From NCBI RefSeq assembly GCF_000039765.1, contig NC_004459.3, forward strand, positions 2,241,127 through 2,273,126: 32,000 bases of DNA, read 5' to 3'. Of this stretch, positions 9,964 to 18,750 are shown one piece after another. A program made the position numbers and the translations under genes. Source of the DNA: Vibrio vulnificus CMCP6 (GTDB taxonomy: Bacteria > Pseudomonadota > Gammaproteobacteria > Enterobacterales > Vibrionaceae). Under the pieces are notes generated by a model. It made no database searches and had not been told where the DNA came from. It worked only from the letters and a program-made list of their open reading frames with translations. How positions within the stretch are numbered: the first letter of the stretch is position 1; each line of letters starts with the position of its first letter.

Positions 9964-11250
9964 ATGATCGGTATAGTAATGTTTTTTGTAGCCTTGTTTG
10001 CGCTACTGCTTGGTTTCCCTGTGGCATTTACCTTTGGTGGTATTGCGCTGTTGTTTGGCGTATGGGCAGAAGGGATTGAAATGTTTGCCTTCATGCCGTA
10101 TCGCATTCAATCCATCATGGAAAATACGGTGTTGATGGCGGTGCCTCTGTTTGTCTTCATGGGCTTGGTACTGCAGAAAACCCGTCTTGCAGAGCAGTTG
10201 CTTGAATCTATGGGCAAGCTGTTTGGCAGTGTGCGTGGCGGTTTGGCGATTTCAACCGTGCTGGTGGGCGCGCTTCTGGCTGCCTCAACCGGCGTTGTGG
10301 GCGCTTCTGTGGTAGCGATGGGATTGATCTCATTGCCAGTCATGTTGAAGTACAACTACGACAAAGGGCTAGCGTGCGGCACCATTTGTGCGTCCGGCAC
10401 CTTAGGGCAAATTATTCCGCCTTCGATTGTCTTGATCCTATTGGGTGATGTGCTCGGCGTGCCAGTAGGCGATCTGTTCCAAGCGGCAGTGTGGCCGGGA
10501 ATTGTGCTGGTGGGCGTGTATGTTATCTATATTTTGATTTATGCAAAACTAAATCCAGAAGCGGCTCAGCCGATGGAGCGCGATGATACCATCAGCCGCA
10601 AGCAAGAAGTTATCAAAGCGTTGAAAGCGGTGATCCCGCCTTTGGCTTTGATTGTGGTGGTGCTTGGTTCCATCTTTGCCGGTGTAGCAACACCCACCGA
10701 GTCTGCTGCGTTAGGTGGCGCGGGTGCGATTGTGCTGGCCATTCTGTACAAGCAATTTAGCTGGGGCATGGTATACGATTCAGCTAAAGAAACCGTCAAA
10801 GTCACCGCAATGGTGTTTGCTATATTGCTAGGGGCGACGGCATTCTCCATGGCCTTTACTTACACCGGTGGCGACGAGCTGGTGGAAGAGTGGATGCTGG
10901 CTATCCCAGGTGATAAATGGGGCTTCCTCATTATCACGATGTTGGTGATTTTGATCCTCGGTTTCTTCATCGATTTCGTTGAAATCTGCTTCATTATTGT
11001 GCCAATTCTTGCGCCTGTGGCTGAAATTTTGGGTATCAACATGACGTGGTTTGCGATTTTGATTGCGATGAACTTGCAGACATCGTTCTTGACGCCGCCC
11101 TTTGGCTTTAGCCTTTTCTACCTCAAAGGGGTCGCTCCGGCGGGCGTGACCACGCGAGATATTTATCGCGGTGTGATGCCATTTATCGGCTTACAAATAC
11201 TGGTGTTGGCCTCACTGCTGGTGTTCCCATCTTTTTATGGCATGGGTTAG
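9964..11250 (+). CDS. dctM: TRAP transporter large permease DctM
   Basis: Likely start ATG 9964 (MIGIVMFFVALFALLLGFPVAFTFGG) with AGGA-like RBS; DctM motifs throughout (ASTGVVGASVVAMGLISLPVML, IIPPSIVLILLGD, LNLQTSFLTPPFGFSLFYLKG-like segment). Confidence 0.92.
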   Translation: MIGIVMFFVALFALLLGFPVAFTFGGIALLFGVWAEGIEMFAFMPYRIQSIMENTVLMAVPLFVFMGLVLQKTRLAEQLLESMGKLFGSVRGGLAISTVLVGALLAASTGVVGASVVAMGLISLPVMLKYNYDKGLACGTICASGTLGQIIPPSIVLILLGDVLGVPVGDLFQAAVWPGIVLVGVYVIYILIYAKLNPEAAQPMERDDTISRKQEVIKALKAVIPPLALIVVVLGSIFAGVATPTESAALGGAGAIVLAILYKQFSWGMVYDSAKETVKVTAMVFAILLGATAFSMAFTYTGGDELVEEWMLAIPGDKWGFLIITMLVILILGFFIDFVEICFIIVPILAPVAEILGINMTWFAILIAMNLQTSFLTPPFGFSLFYLKGVAPAGVTTRDIYRGVMPFIGLQILVLASLLVFPSFYGMG

Positions 11251-11313
11251 ATCGCTAATTTGCTGGATTTGTGAACCAAAAGTTTCAATATTGGTGCCGT
11301 AGTTGATAGAGTA

Positions 11314-11347
11314 AAACTGCTTCCAAGGAGTGGAAGCAGTTTCTTTA
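11314..11347 (+). terminator. Intrinsic terminator after dctM
   Basis: AAACTGCTTCCA-aggag-TGGAAGCAGTTT, 12-bp perfect arms, followed by T-rich sequence. Confidence 0.75.
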
Positions 11348-11361
11348 TTAGGGACTGAAGT

Positions 11362-12717
11362 ATGCCACTGAAAGTTAAGTTAATTCTGCTAACATTACTG
11401 CCACTGTTGTTGGTTTCTGCCAGCATCAGTTGGATCTCTATTTATCAAGCGAAAACCTTAGGGCATAAGGAAGTGGCGATTTTCAAACAGAGCTTGATAA
11501 AGTCGCGTGAAAGCGCACTGAAAGATAGTGTCGATCAAGCGTTCGATGCCATTTCTTACATCTACAACAACCCTGATTTGTCTCAAGAGGAAGCGCAGCG
11601 CCGAGTCAAAGCGCTGTTGACGCAAATTCGCTATGGTGCGGATGGTTATTTTTTCGCGTACGACAAGCGGGGCACAAACTTGGTTCATCCCATACTGCCC
11701 GAACTTGTCGGACAAAACTTACTGCATATCCAAGATCAAAATGGTGACCACTTGATTGAAGCGCTGTTGTATCAAGCGCAAACGGGGGGTGGTTTTCACC
11801 AGTATTTATGGCAGAAACCGTCAACGGGGGAGACGGTCCCTAAACTCAGTTATGCGGCTTGGCTGGATAAATGGGATTGGATGATAGGGACGGGTCTGTA
11901 CATTGAAGACATCAGTGAAGAAGTGGCGAACATGCAGGCCGCTATCAATAAAAATATTGAAACGACATTCTTCTCGGTGGTGGTGATTTTGTTGGTCACG
12001 GTCTCGGTCATTGTGGTGCTGACGTTAGCCATCAACCTGCACGAACACCGTTTGGCCGATAAAAACCTCAAAGAGCTGGCCCACAAGACGGTGATGTTTC
12101 AAGAAGATGAGAAAAAACACCTCGCACGTGAGCTCCATGACGGGATTAACCAACTGTTGGTTTCAAGCAAATGTCATTTGGAGTTGCTGGCGCACAAGGT
12201 GCAAGACCCATCGCTAAAAGTGCATCTCGACAAATCTCAACAATCGCTCACCACGGCCATTAACGAAGTTCGTCATATCTCACATCAGCTTCGCCCCAGC
12301 GCGCTGGATGACATTGGCCTTGAAGCGGCGTTATCGAGTTTGATGCAAGATTTTCGTTCCCACTCAGGCATAGAGATCGACATTTTATTCGATACGCAAG
12401 ATGGCCGTTTAAAATCCGAGGTGGCCACGACACTCTATCGGGTGGTACAAGAGTCGCTCAACAACATTGAAAAACACGCAGGTGCGAAAAAAGTGACGGT
12501 GATTTTGCAGCAGATGGGCAATATTCTTCAATTACTGATTCGCGATGATGGCTATGGGTTTAACGTCAGTGATGCTTTACGTAAACGAGGCATTGGGCTA
12601 AGAAATATGAGAGAGCGAGTGGAGTTCATTGGTGGTGATTTTGAACTAATGAGTGAGCCTGGCTTTGGGACTGAAATAACGGTGTTACTGAATTTAGATG
12701 GATTGACCTATGGATAA
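11362..12717 (+). CDS. Membrane sensor histidine kinase, periplasmic Cache domain, NarL-type (HisKA_3)
   Basis: 451 aa; periplasmic Cache-like region (GYFFAYDKRGTNLVHPILPELVGQNLLHIQDQNG), H-box ELARELHDG-type sequence (HLARELHDGINQLL) and HATPase C-terminus (LIRDDGYGFN...GIGLRNMRERVEFIGG). Confidence 0.88.
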   Translation: MPLKVKLILLTLLPLLLVSASISWISIYQAKTLGHKEVAIFKQSLIKSRESALKDSVDQAFDAISYIYNNPDLSQEEAQRRVKALLTQIRYGADGYFFAYDKRGTNLVHPILPELVGQNLLHIQDQNGDHLIEALLYQAQTGGGFHQYLWQKPSTGETVPKLSYAAWLDKWDWMIGTGLYIEDISEEVANMQAAINKNIETTFFSVVVILLVTVSVIVVLTLAINLHEHRLADKNLKELAHKTVMFQEDEKKHLARELHDGINQLLVSSKCHLELLAHKVQDPSLKVHLDKSQQSLTTAINEVRHISHQLRPSALDDIGLEAALSSLMQDFRSHSGIEIDILFDTQDGRLKSEVATTLYRVVQESLNNIEKHAGAKKVTVILQQMGNILQLLIRDDGYGFNVSDALRKRGIGLRNMRERVEFIGGDFELMSEPGFGTEITVLLNLDGLTYG

Positions 12718-13348
12718 GCCAATTCGAGTTGTAATAGTCGATGATCATCAAGTGGTGTTGGATGGGTTTATGGCTCGATTGGAAATGGAGCCGGAAATCG
12801 ATGTGGTTGGCACCGCAAGCAATGGTTTGGAAGCCTTGGACGTGGTGAAACAGCATAAACCCGATGTGGTTTTGATGGACATCAGCATGCCCATTTTGAA
12901 TGGCATTGAAGCGACCCGAATGATCAAAGCGGAGTGGCCTGAGGCCAAAATTTTGATGCTGACCATGCATGATAATCGCGAATACATCATGAAGGTGATG
13001 CAAGAGGGCGCAGTCGGTTACATGCTCAAAGAAATATCGGCGGAGAAAATGGTGCAAGCAATCAAGACCGTCAACCAAGGCTCAACGTATTTCTGTGAAT
13101 CCGTCACGCAAACATTGTTCACGCAAGAAATTGTCCCCGCGGCCCAAAGGCCAAATCCACTCAGTCGTCGTGAAGAAGCGGTGTTAAAACTGGTTGCACA
13201 AGGACACAGCAGCAAAAAAATTGCGACGTTACTGGAGATCAGCTATCGGACGGTTGAAACACATCGTCACAACATCAAACATAAATTAGATTTGAACTCG
13301 ACAGCAGAACTGGCGAAGTATGCGCTAGAGCAAGGGCTGATTGAATAG
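12710..13348 (+). CDS. LuxR/NarL-family response regulator
   Basis: 212 aa; receiver domain (VVIVDDHQVVLDGF, PDVVLMDISMP) and LuxR HTH (PLSRREEAVLKLVAQGHSSKKIATLLEISYRTVETHRHNIKHKL). Overlaps the kinase gene by 8 bp. Confidence 0.92.
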   Translation: MDKPIRVVIVDDHQVVLDGFMARLEMEPEIDVVGTASNGLEALDVVKQHKPDVVLMDISMPILNGIEATRMIKAEWPEAKILMLTMHDNREYIMKVMQEGAVGYMLKEISAEKMVQAIKTVNQGSTYFCESVTQTLFTQEIVPAAQRPNPLSRREEAVLKLVAQGHSSKKIATLLEISYRTVETHRHNIKHKLDLNSTAELAKYALEQGLIE

Positions 13349-13368
13349 GGGGGAGCACCCCTATTCAA
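13341..13368. terminator. Hairpin between convergent response regulator and MarR genes, possible terminator
   Basis: TTGAATAGGGG-ggagca-CCCCTATTCAA, 11-bp perfect arms overlapping the response-regulator stop codon; no clear T tract. Confidence 0.45.
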
Positions 13369-13422
13369 TGTTGCAAATCTCGTGGCCTCTTTGAAAAACA
13401 TGCCTGCAATGGGCTCGCCGTG

Positions 13423-13908
13423 TTAAGACTCTTGCTCGGTTTTGGCGATATTGCCAATTTCAAGAATAGGCGCAACGTCTATTTGCTCCGCACTCATCAT
13501 GCTAGAGATGCGTTGCACCGAAGAGAGTAGCAACGACTGCTCCCACTCCTGCAGTTTTTGAAATTCAGTCACAAAGTTTTCTTGCAATGGCATCGGTGCT
13601 TGTGCAAGCAGCGCTGTTCCTGATTCTGTCAATATCGCGTGGACCTTTCGCTTGTCTTCTTGGCTACGTACACGCTGCACATGACCATTCCTTTCGAGGC
13701 GATCAAGGATAGTGGTTGCGGTGGCTTGGCTCATGTTGGTGTGATTAGACAACTGACGGATGGTCACCTCACCCAGATCTTTTATGGCCCGCATCAAGAT
13801 AAGCTGTGGCGCGGTAAGCCCAGACACCTTGTTCAGTTTCTTTGAATGGAGATCGATCGCGCGAATGATTTGACGAATTGCGATCAGGACTTCTTCATGT
13901 TTTTCCAC
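13423..13908 (-). CDS. cosR: MarR-family regulator, CosR/EctR-like
   Basis: 161-aa winged-helix MarR protein (VSGLTAPQLILMRAIKDLGEVTIRQLSNHTNMSQATATTILDRLERNGHVQRVRSQEDKRKV) divergent from a BCCT gene, the arrangement known for Vibrio cosR. Confidence 0.7.
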   Translation of the reverse strand: MEKHEEVLIAIRQIIRAIDLHSKKLNKVSGLTAPQLILMRAIKDLGEVTIRQLSNHTNMSQATATTILDRLERNGHVQRVRSQEDKRKVHAILTESGTALLAQAPMPLQENFVTEFQKLQEWEQSLLLSSVQRISSMMSAEQIDVAPILEIGNIAKTEQES

Positions 13909-14301
13909 TATGGCCAGCCTATCCGATTTTTACTGTTGGGGGTGATTTGCACATATCGCGATTGACTCGACCTTAATTCGTTGAATCCCTTATACATCAA
14001 GGGGACAAGTTTGAAATGGAAGAGGCAATAAGAAGCGCATTTTAGCGCATCTTTTGGTAAATTTCACTTCGTTGTGTAATGTTTAGATGTCGAATTATTT
14101 GTTGTGTCGTTTAACTGATTATATTGTTCCTTTAATTGAGGTTTAGGCCTGATTTTTGGTGGTAATTTGCATTTTGTGTGCGATTTCTGTTAGGGTATTA
14201 GCCGATTTGAAATGGTAAATGTGTTGTTCTCTAACTAATATTGGGCTGTATTTTCAAAATTAGTTAGTGTCTTTTGAAAAGTTATCGTTAAGTGAGTGAG
14301 A

Positions 14302-15873
14302 ATGACAAAAGGTATAGATAAGTACAGTATTGACAGTACGGACTACACCGTTGGACAAGATAATGTTCAGCGTTGGGGATTCGATGTTCACAACCCAGTT
14401 TTCGGCATCAGTGCTGGATTAGTGGGTCTATTTTTAGTTGCTGCATTAGTGTTGGATGCGCACACGATGAAAACCGCTTTAGACGGTATTAAATGGCAAA
14501 TCATCGGCGCGTTTGACTGGTTGTTTATTTGGTCGGGCAATATTTTTGTCATCTTCTGTTTGGCGTTGATCGTCTCTCCGTTAGGTAAGATTCGCTTAGG
14601 TGGTCGTGACGCAGTCGCGGATTACTCTTTTTTATCTTGGATCGCCATGCTTTTTGCAGCAGGGATGGGTATTGGCTTAATGTTCTGGAGTGTGGCCGAG
14701 CCAGTTGCCTACTTCACTGGCTGGTACGAAACACCGCTCAACGTTACGCCAAATAGCCCTGAAGCTGCTAAGTTGGCGATGGGCGCGACCATGTTCCACT
14801 GGGGATTGCATCCTTGGGCGATTTACGGTGTTGTTGCACTCTCGTTGGCCTTCTTTACTTACAACAAAGGCCTGCCGCTTTCGATGCGCTCTATTTTTTA
14901 CCCTTTGCTGGGTGATCGCGCATGGGGTTGGGCAGGGCATCTGGTTGATATTTTAGCTGTGGTCGCCACCTTATTTGGCCTTGCTACTTCCTTGGGATTG
15001 GGCGCACAGCAGGCTGCCAGCGGTATCCACCATGTGTTTGGTGTGGAAGCGGGTCTTGGCCTACAAATCGCGGTGATCACCGTGGTGACTTTGCTGGCTG
15101 TGGTTTCGGTTGTCCGTGGTATTGATGGCGGTGTAAAAGTCATTAGTAACATCAATATGCTGGTGGCGTTTGCTCTGTTAGCGTTGGTTGGCTTGATTGG
15201 TTGGGCGGTCAGTGTTGGTTCCGTCTCTACCACCTTAAGTGCCTATATTGAAAACATCATTCCTTTGAGTAATCCAATTGGTCGAGAAGACGAAGCTTGG
15301 TTCCAAGGTTGGACAGTATTCTACTGGGCATGGTGGATTTCATGGTCACCATTCGTGGGCATGTTCATCGCGCGCGTATCAAAAGGTCGCACCGTTCGTG
15401 AGTTTATGACAGCGGTACTGATTGTACCTACGGTGGTAACGCTGCTTTGGATGTCTGTGTTTGGCGGTATGGCGATTGACCAAGTGATTAACGGTATCGG
15501 CGAGCTGGGTGCGAAAGGGCTAACCGATGTGCCACTCGCGATGTTCCAGATGTTTGATCAGCTTCCATATGGCACTTTACTGTCGGTTATTGCTGTGGTG
15601 TTGGTGTTGGTGTTCTTTATTACCTCGTCGGACTCAGGTTCGTTGGTGATCGATTCCATTACCGCGGGCGGTAAGGTGGATGCACCTGTACTGCAGCGTG
15701 TATTCTGGGCCTTTATGGAAGGCGCGATTGCCGTTGCTTTGCTCTGGGTAGGTGGCACTGAAGCGATACAAGCACTGCAAGCGGGGGCGATTTCTACCGC
15801 ATTGCCATTCACCTTTATTTTGCTTGCAATGTGTGTCAGTTTGCTTATGGGTATGCGCACCGAGAAGCAATAA
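14302..15873 (+). CDS. BCCT-family betaine/choline/carnitine transporter
   Basis: ATG 14302 (MTKGIDKYSID...) or GTG 14296; BCCT motifs (GMGIGLMFWSVAEPV, MFHWGLHPWAIYG, WTVFYWAWWISWSPFVGMFIARVSKGRTVREF, FITSSDSGSLVID). Confidence 0.93.
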   Translation: MTKGIDKYSIDSTDYTVGQDNVQRWGFDVHNPVFGISAGLVGLFLVAALVLDAHTMKTALDGIKWQIIGAFDWLFIWSGNIFVIFCLALIVSPLGKIRLGGRDAVADYSFLSWIAMLFAAGMGIGLMFWSVAEPVAYFTGWYETPLNVTPNSPEAAKLAMGATMFHWGLHPWAIYGVVALSLAFFTYNKGLPLSMRSIFYPLLGDRAWGWAGHLVDILAVVATLFGLATSLGLGAQQAASGIHHVFGVEAGLGLQIAVITVVTLLAVVSVVRGIDGGVKVISNINMLVAFALLALVGLIGWAVSVGSVSTTLSAYIENIIPLSNPIGREDEAWFQGWTVFYWAWWISWSPFVGMFIARVSKGRTVREFMTAVLIVPTVVTLLWMSVFGGMAIDQVINGIGELGAKGLTDVPLAMFQMFDQLPYGTLLSVIAVVLVLVFFITSSDSGSLVIDSITAGGKVDAPVLQRVFWAFMEGAIAVALLWVGGTEAIQALQAGAISTALPFTFILLAMCVSLLMGMRTEKQ

Positions 15874-15889
15874 CCATTCATCTATCTCT

Positions 15890-15915
15890 AGCCGACCTTT
15901 ATGGTCGGCTTTTAT
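15890..15915 (+). terminator. Intrinsic terminator after the BCCT gene
   Basis: AGCCGACC-tttat-GGTCGGCT followed by T tract. Confidence 0.8.
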
Positions 15916-16062
15916 TTGTCGTACGGTATAAAAATGACACTGATAATTGCATGGATAACAAAGACTTAACGTACTCTGTTTGCTGTAATAATTAGTGCAT
16001 CAATAATTGATTCTGTGTAATATCGCAGGCGAAAATTTGTTCCCCCAACAAGACCTTACGAC

Positions 16063-17946
16063 ATGAAATTAACCCTGAAACAAAAGCTCATAGGCGCAAG
16101 CCTATCGGCGGTAGTGATCATGGCTACCGTTTTGACTTGGCTGTCCGCTGGACAGCTGTTTGATCAAACCCGTAATGGCGTTTACGCTCGAGCAGAAAGC
16201 TTAGGTGTGGCGGCCTCACAAGGCATTTCTGACTGGATTGCGATTCGTAAAGACATTGCTCGCGCGTTTAACGATTACAGTGAAGAAAGCGATGTGGTGC
16301 CGTTTTTGCAGCAAGCGCGCAAAGCAGGCGGATTTGACGATATCTTTTTAGGTACGCCAGCAGGTGATATGTACCGCTCTCATCCTGAGCGTAATCGCCC
16401 TGATTATGATCCACGTGTTCGCCCTTGGTACAAGGATGCCACAGCCGCAGGCAAACAAATCATTACCACTGCTTATCAAGATGCCATCACCAATGCGCTA
16501 CTGGTGACCATTGCAGAACCCGTCAACCGTGGTGGTAAAATGGTGGGCGTTGTTGGTGCTGACGTTCTTATCGACCAACTGATCAATGACGTTATCAACC
16601 TCGATGCAGGTGAAAATGCTCATGCGATGCTGATCGATACACAAGATGGCACTTTCCTCGCACACCCAGACAAAAATCTTGCGCTCAAGCCCGTTAACAC
16701 TTTATTGAAACAATTTACTTTGCAAGATATCGAGCGCTCAGCGTCTCAAGGTAATATTGAAGAAGCGACCATTAACGGCAAACCTAAGCTTTTCTACTTC
16801 ACGAAGGTGCCTGAGACACCTTGGATGTTCGCGATTGAAATGGACAAAGCGACCGAAGAAGCAAGCCATAGCCAATTATTGCGTGAAATGCTGATCACAG
16901 CAGTGTTGATCACCATCGTGGTGATTGTTGCGGTTTCTTGGTTGGTGGGCTTCTTGTTCCGTGACCTAGGCCGTGTATCTAAAGCACTGGAAGAGATCGC
17001 TTCAGGTGAAGGCGACCTAACGCAACGTCTTGAGCCTCGCAGCGATGACGAAGTGGGCAAGTTGGCGGAAAACTTCAACCGTTTTGTCGGCAACATGCAC
17101 ACTATGGTGAGTAAGTTGAGCGCCGTTTCGGCTTCGTTGTCTGAGCAGGCGAAAACCACAGCAATGCGTGCAGAAGAGCGTAGTCAGCGCATTTCTCATC
17201 AGCAAGATGAGATCAACATGGTCGCGACGGCAGTGAATGAAATGGCAGCCGCAACGCAAGAGATCGCGGGCAATGCCGACCATACGGCGCAAAATGCGGA
17301 AGAAGCGGTTTCTGCCTGTGTGCATGGCTCTGAGCAAGTGACACAAACTCAAGGTTCGATCCAAAACTTGGCGAAAGAAGTGCAAGTCGCGACCAGTGTT
17401 ATCCAAGAGTTGGAAGCACACGGCAATGCCATCAACACCATTCTTTCTACCATTCAAGGGATTGCTGAGCAGACCAACTTATTGGCACTGAACGCAGCGA
17501 TTGAAGCGGCGCGTGCGGGTGAGCAAGGTCGTGGTTTCGCCGTGGTGGCCGATGAAGTTCGTGTGCTAAGTCAACGTACCCATGCTTCGACCAAAGAAAT
17601 CCAACACACGATTGAAATGCTGCAAGGTACAACCGTTCAAGCGGTGGGCATTATGGACGACAGCCGCCAGTTAGCGGGTACCAGCGTTGATGATGCGAAC
17701 TCGGCGGCAGTGAGCTTAACGCAAATCCATACCGCCGTTGAGCGCATCAGTGATATGGCAACGCAAATCGCGTCAGCAGCAGAAGAGCAGGCCTCTGTTA
17801 CCACCGAGATCACACGTAATACCGAAGGGATCCGCGACGTCTCTAACGAGCTCGCGTACGAAGCGCAGCAAGCGGCTACTCAAGCTGCGATGCTTTCTGA
17901 GCTATCACACGAGCTGGAACAGGAAATCCGACGCTTCAAACTGTAA
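16063..17946 (+). CDS. Methyl-accepting chemotaxis protein with dCache-type periplasmic sensor
   Basis: 627 aa; N-terminal TM, dCache-like region ([29 protein letters not shown]), HAMP, and MCP signalling tip [32 protein letters not shown]. Confidence 0.92.
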   Translation: MKLTLKQKLIGASLSAVVIMATVLTWLSAGQLFDQTRNGVYARAESLGVAASQGISDWIAIRKDIARAFNDYSEESDVVPFLQQARKAGGFDDIFLGTPAGDMYRSHPERNRPDYDPRVRPWYKDATAAGKQIITTAYQDAITNALLVTIAEPVNRGGKMVGVVGADVLIDQLINDVINLDAGENAHAMLIDTQDGTFLAHPDKNLALKPVNTLLKQFTLQDIERSASQGNIEEATINGKPKLFYFTKVPETPWMFAIEMDKATEEASHSQLLREMLITAVLITIVVIVAVSWLVGFLFRDLGRVSKALEEIASGEGDLTQRLEPRSDDEVGKLAENFNRFVGNMHTMVSKLSAVSASLSEQAKTTAMRAEERSQRISHQQDEINMVATAVNEMAAATQEIAGNADHTAQNAEEAVSACVHGSEQVTQTQGSIQNLAKEVQVATSVIQELEAHGNAINTILSTIQGIAEQTNLLALNAAIEAARAGEQGRGFAVVADEVRVLSQRTHASTKEIQHTIEMLQGTTVQAVGIMDDSRQLAGTSVDDANSAAVSLTQIHTAVERISDMATQIASAAEEQASVTTEITRNTEGIRDVSNELAYEAQQAATQAAMLSELSHELEQEIRRFKL

Positions 17947-17968
17947 GCGCTGTTGTTACACACCAAAA

Positions 17969-17995
17969 AGGAGCTGGTCATTCAGCTCCTTTATT
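17969..17995 (+). terminator. Intrinsic terminator after the MCP gene
   Basis: AGGAGCTG-gtcatt-CAGCTCCT followed by ttatt. Confidence 0.7.
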
Positions 17996-18030
17996 ATGCT
18001 CGAAACTTGAGGCTTGTTCTTTTGCCTCGG

Positions 18031-18747
18031 CTATCGCCACAGCTCTGAAACAGGCGTCTGCGAGGAAAAGTGATGGGCGATCTGTGCTTGGAACAGCTCA
18101 GCGGTAGCAATGGCATCGGTGAGTGCGTGGTGTGCGGAGTAATCGGGTAGACCATAGCGACGACGACTTTGGGCTAAACGGACTGAAGGAAGCGATTTCC
18201 CTTTGAGTCGATTCAGCCAGCCACCAAATTGCTGTTTTGCCCACTGACTTTCAATTTCCATGGTGTCGATCAGGGGAAATTCAATGCCTTCATTGATTCG
18301 TTTACGTAACGCGCTATCAAAAAATGGCCGCTCAATATGTTGGTAGTGGACCACCACCACTTTACCCGCAAGGCAATCAAGCACTTCATCCAATACGTCG
18401 ATTAAGTCGGGCGCGCGCTGAACTTTACTGTGCGTAATACCATGAATGACGACGGACTCTTCATGCAACTGATCTTCCGGTTTGACTGTCCAATAGCGTG
18501 CCTGTTGCAGCCGTATTCGGTGTAAATCAAAGGGTACCAGCCCAATGGAAAGAATATCGTGTTGATTGGGATTTAAGCCAGTGGTTTCAAAGTCTAAGGC
18601 CACCAGTGGCGTTGAGCCTATCACTGTCTCACCCGAGACGGGCGGTGATTGATAAAATCGGCGCAAGCGCGCATCGGCAACTCGCTGCTGCTTTTGCAGG
18701 AATTTGTGCTGCCATTCAAGCTTGGTGGGTTTGAGTAAAGAGATCAT
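18031..18747 (-). CDS. DnaQ-like (DEDD) 3'-5' exonuclease
   Basis: 238 aa; ExoI motif LVALDFETTGLNPNQHDILSIG, IDTMEIE, and YSAHHALTDAIATAELF. Confidence 0.88.
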   Translation of the reverse strand: MISLLKPTKLEWQHKFLQKQQRVADARLRRFYQSPPVSGETVIGSTPLVALDFETTGLNPNQHDILSIGLVPFDLHRIRLQQARYWTVKPEDQLHEESVVIHGITHSKVQRAPDLIDVLDEVLDCLAGKVVVVHYQHIERPFFDSALRKRINEGIEFPLIDTMEIESQWAKQQFGGWLNRLKGKSLPSVRLAQSRRRYGLPDYSAHHALTDAIATAELFQAQIAHHFSSQTPVSELWR

Positions 18748-18750
18748 AAG

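Noticed and set aside
12626-13078. 150-aa His/Gln-rich minus-strand ORF antisense to the response regulator
   Set aside because: The His-rich composition could look like a metal-binding protein, but it is the reverse complement of receiver-domain codons.
14677-15233. Antisense ORFs of 87 and 111 aa within the BCCT gene
   Set aside because: Thr/Ala-rich products arise from the opposite strand of transmembrane-helix codons.
17017-17457. 146-aa Arg-rich minus-strand ORF within the first MCP gene
   Set aside because: Complement of the MCP coiled-coil signalling region; no independent support.
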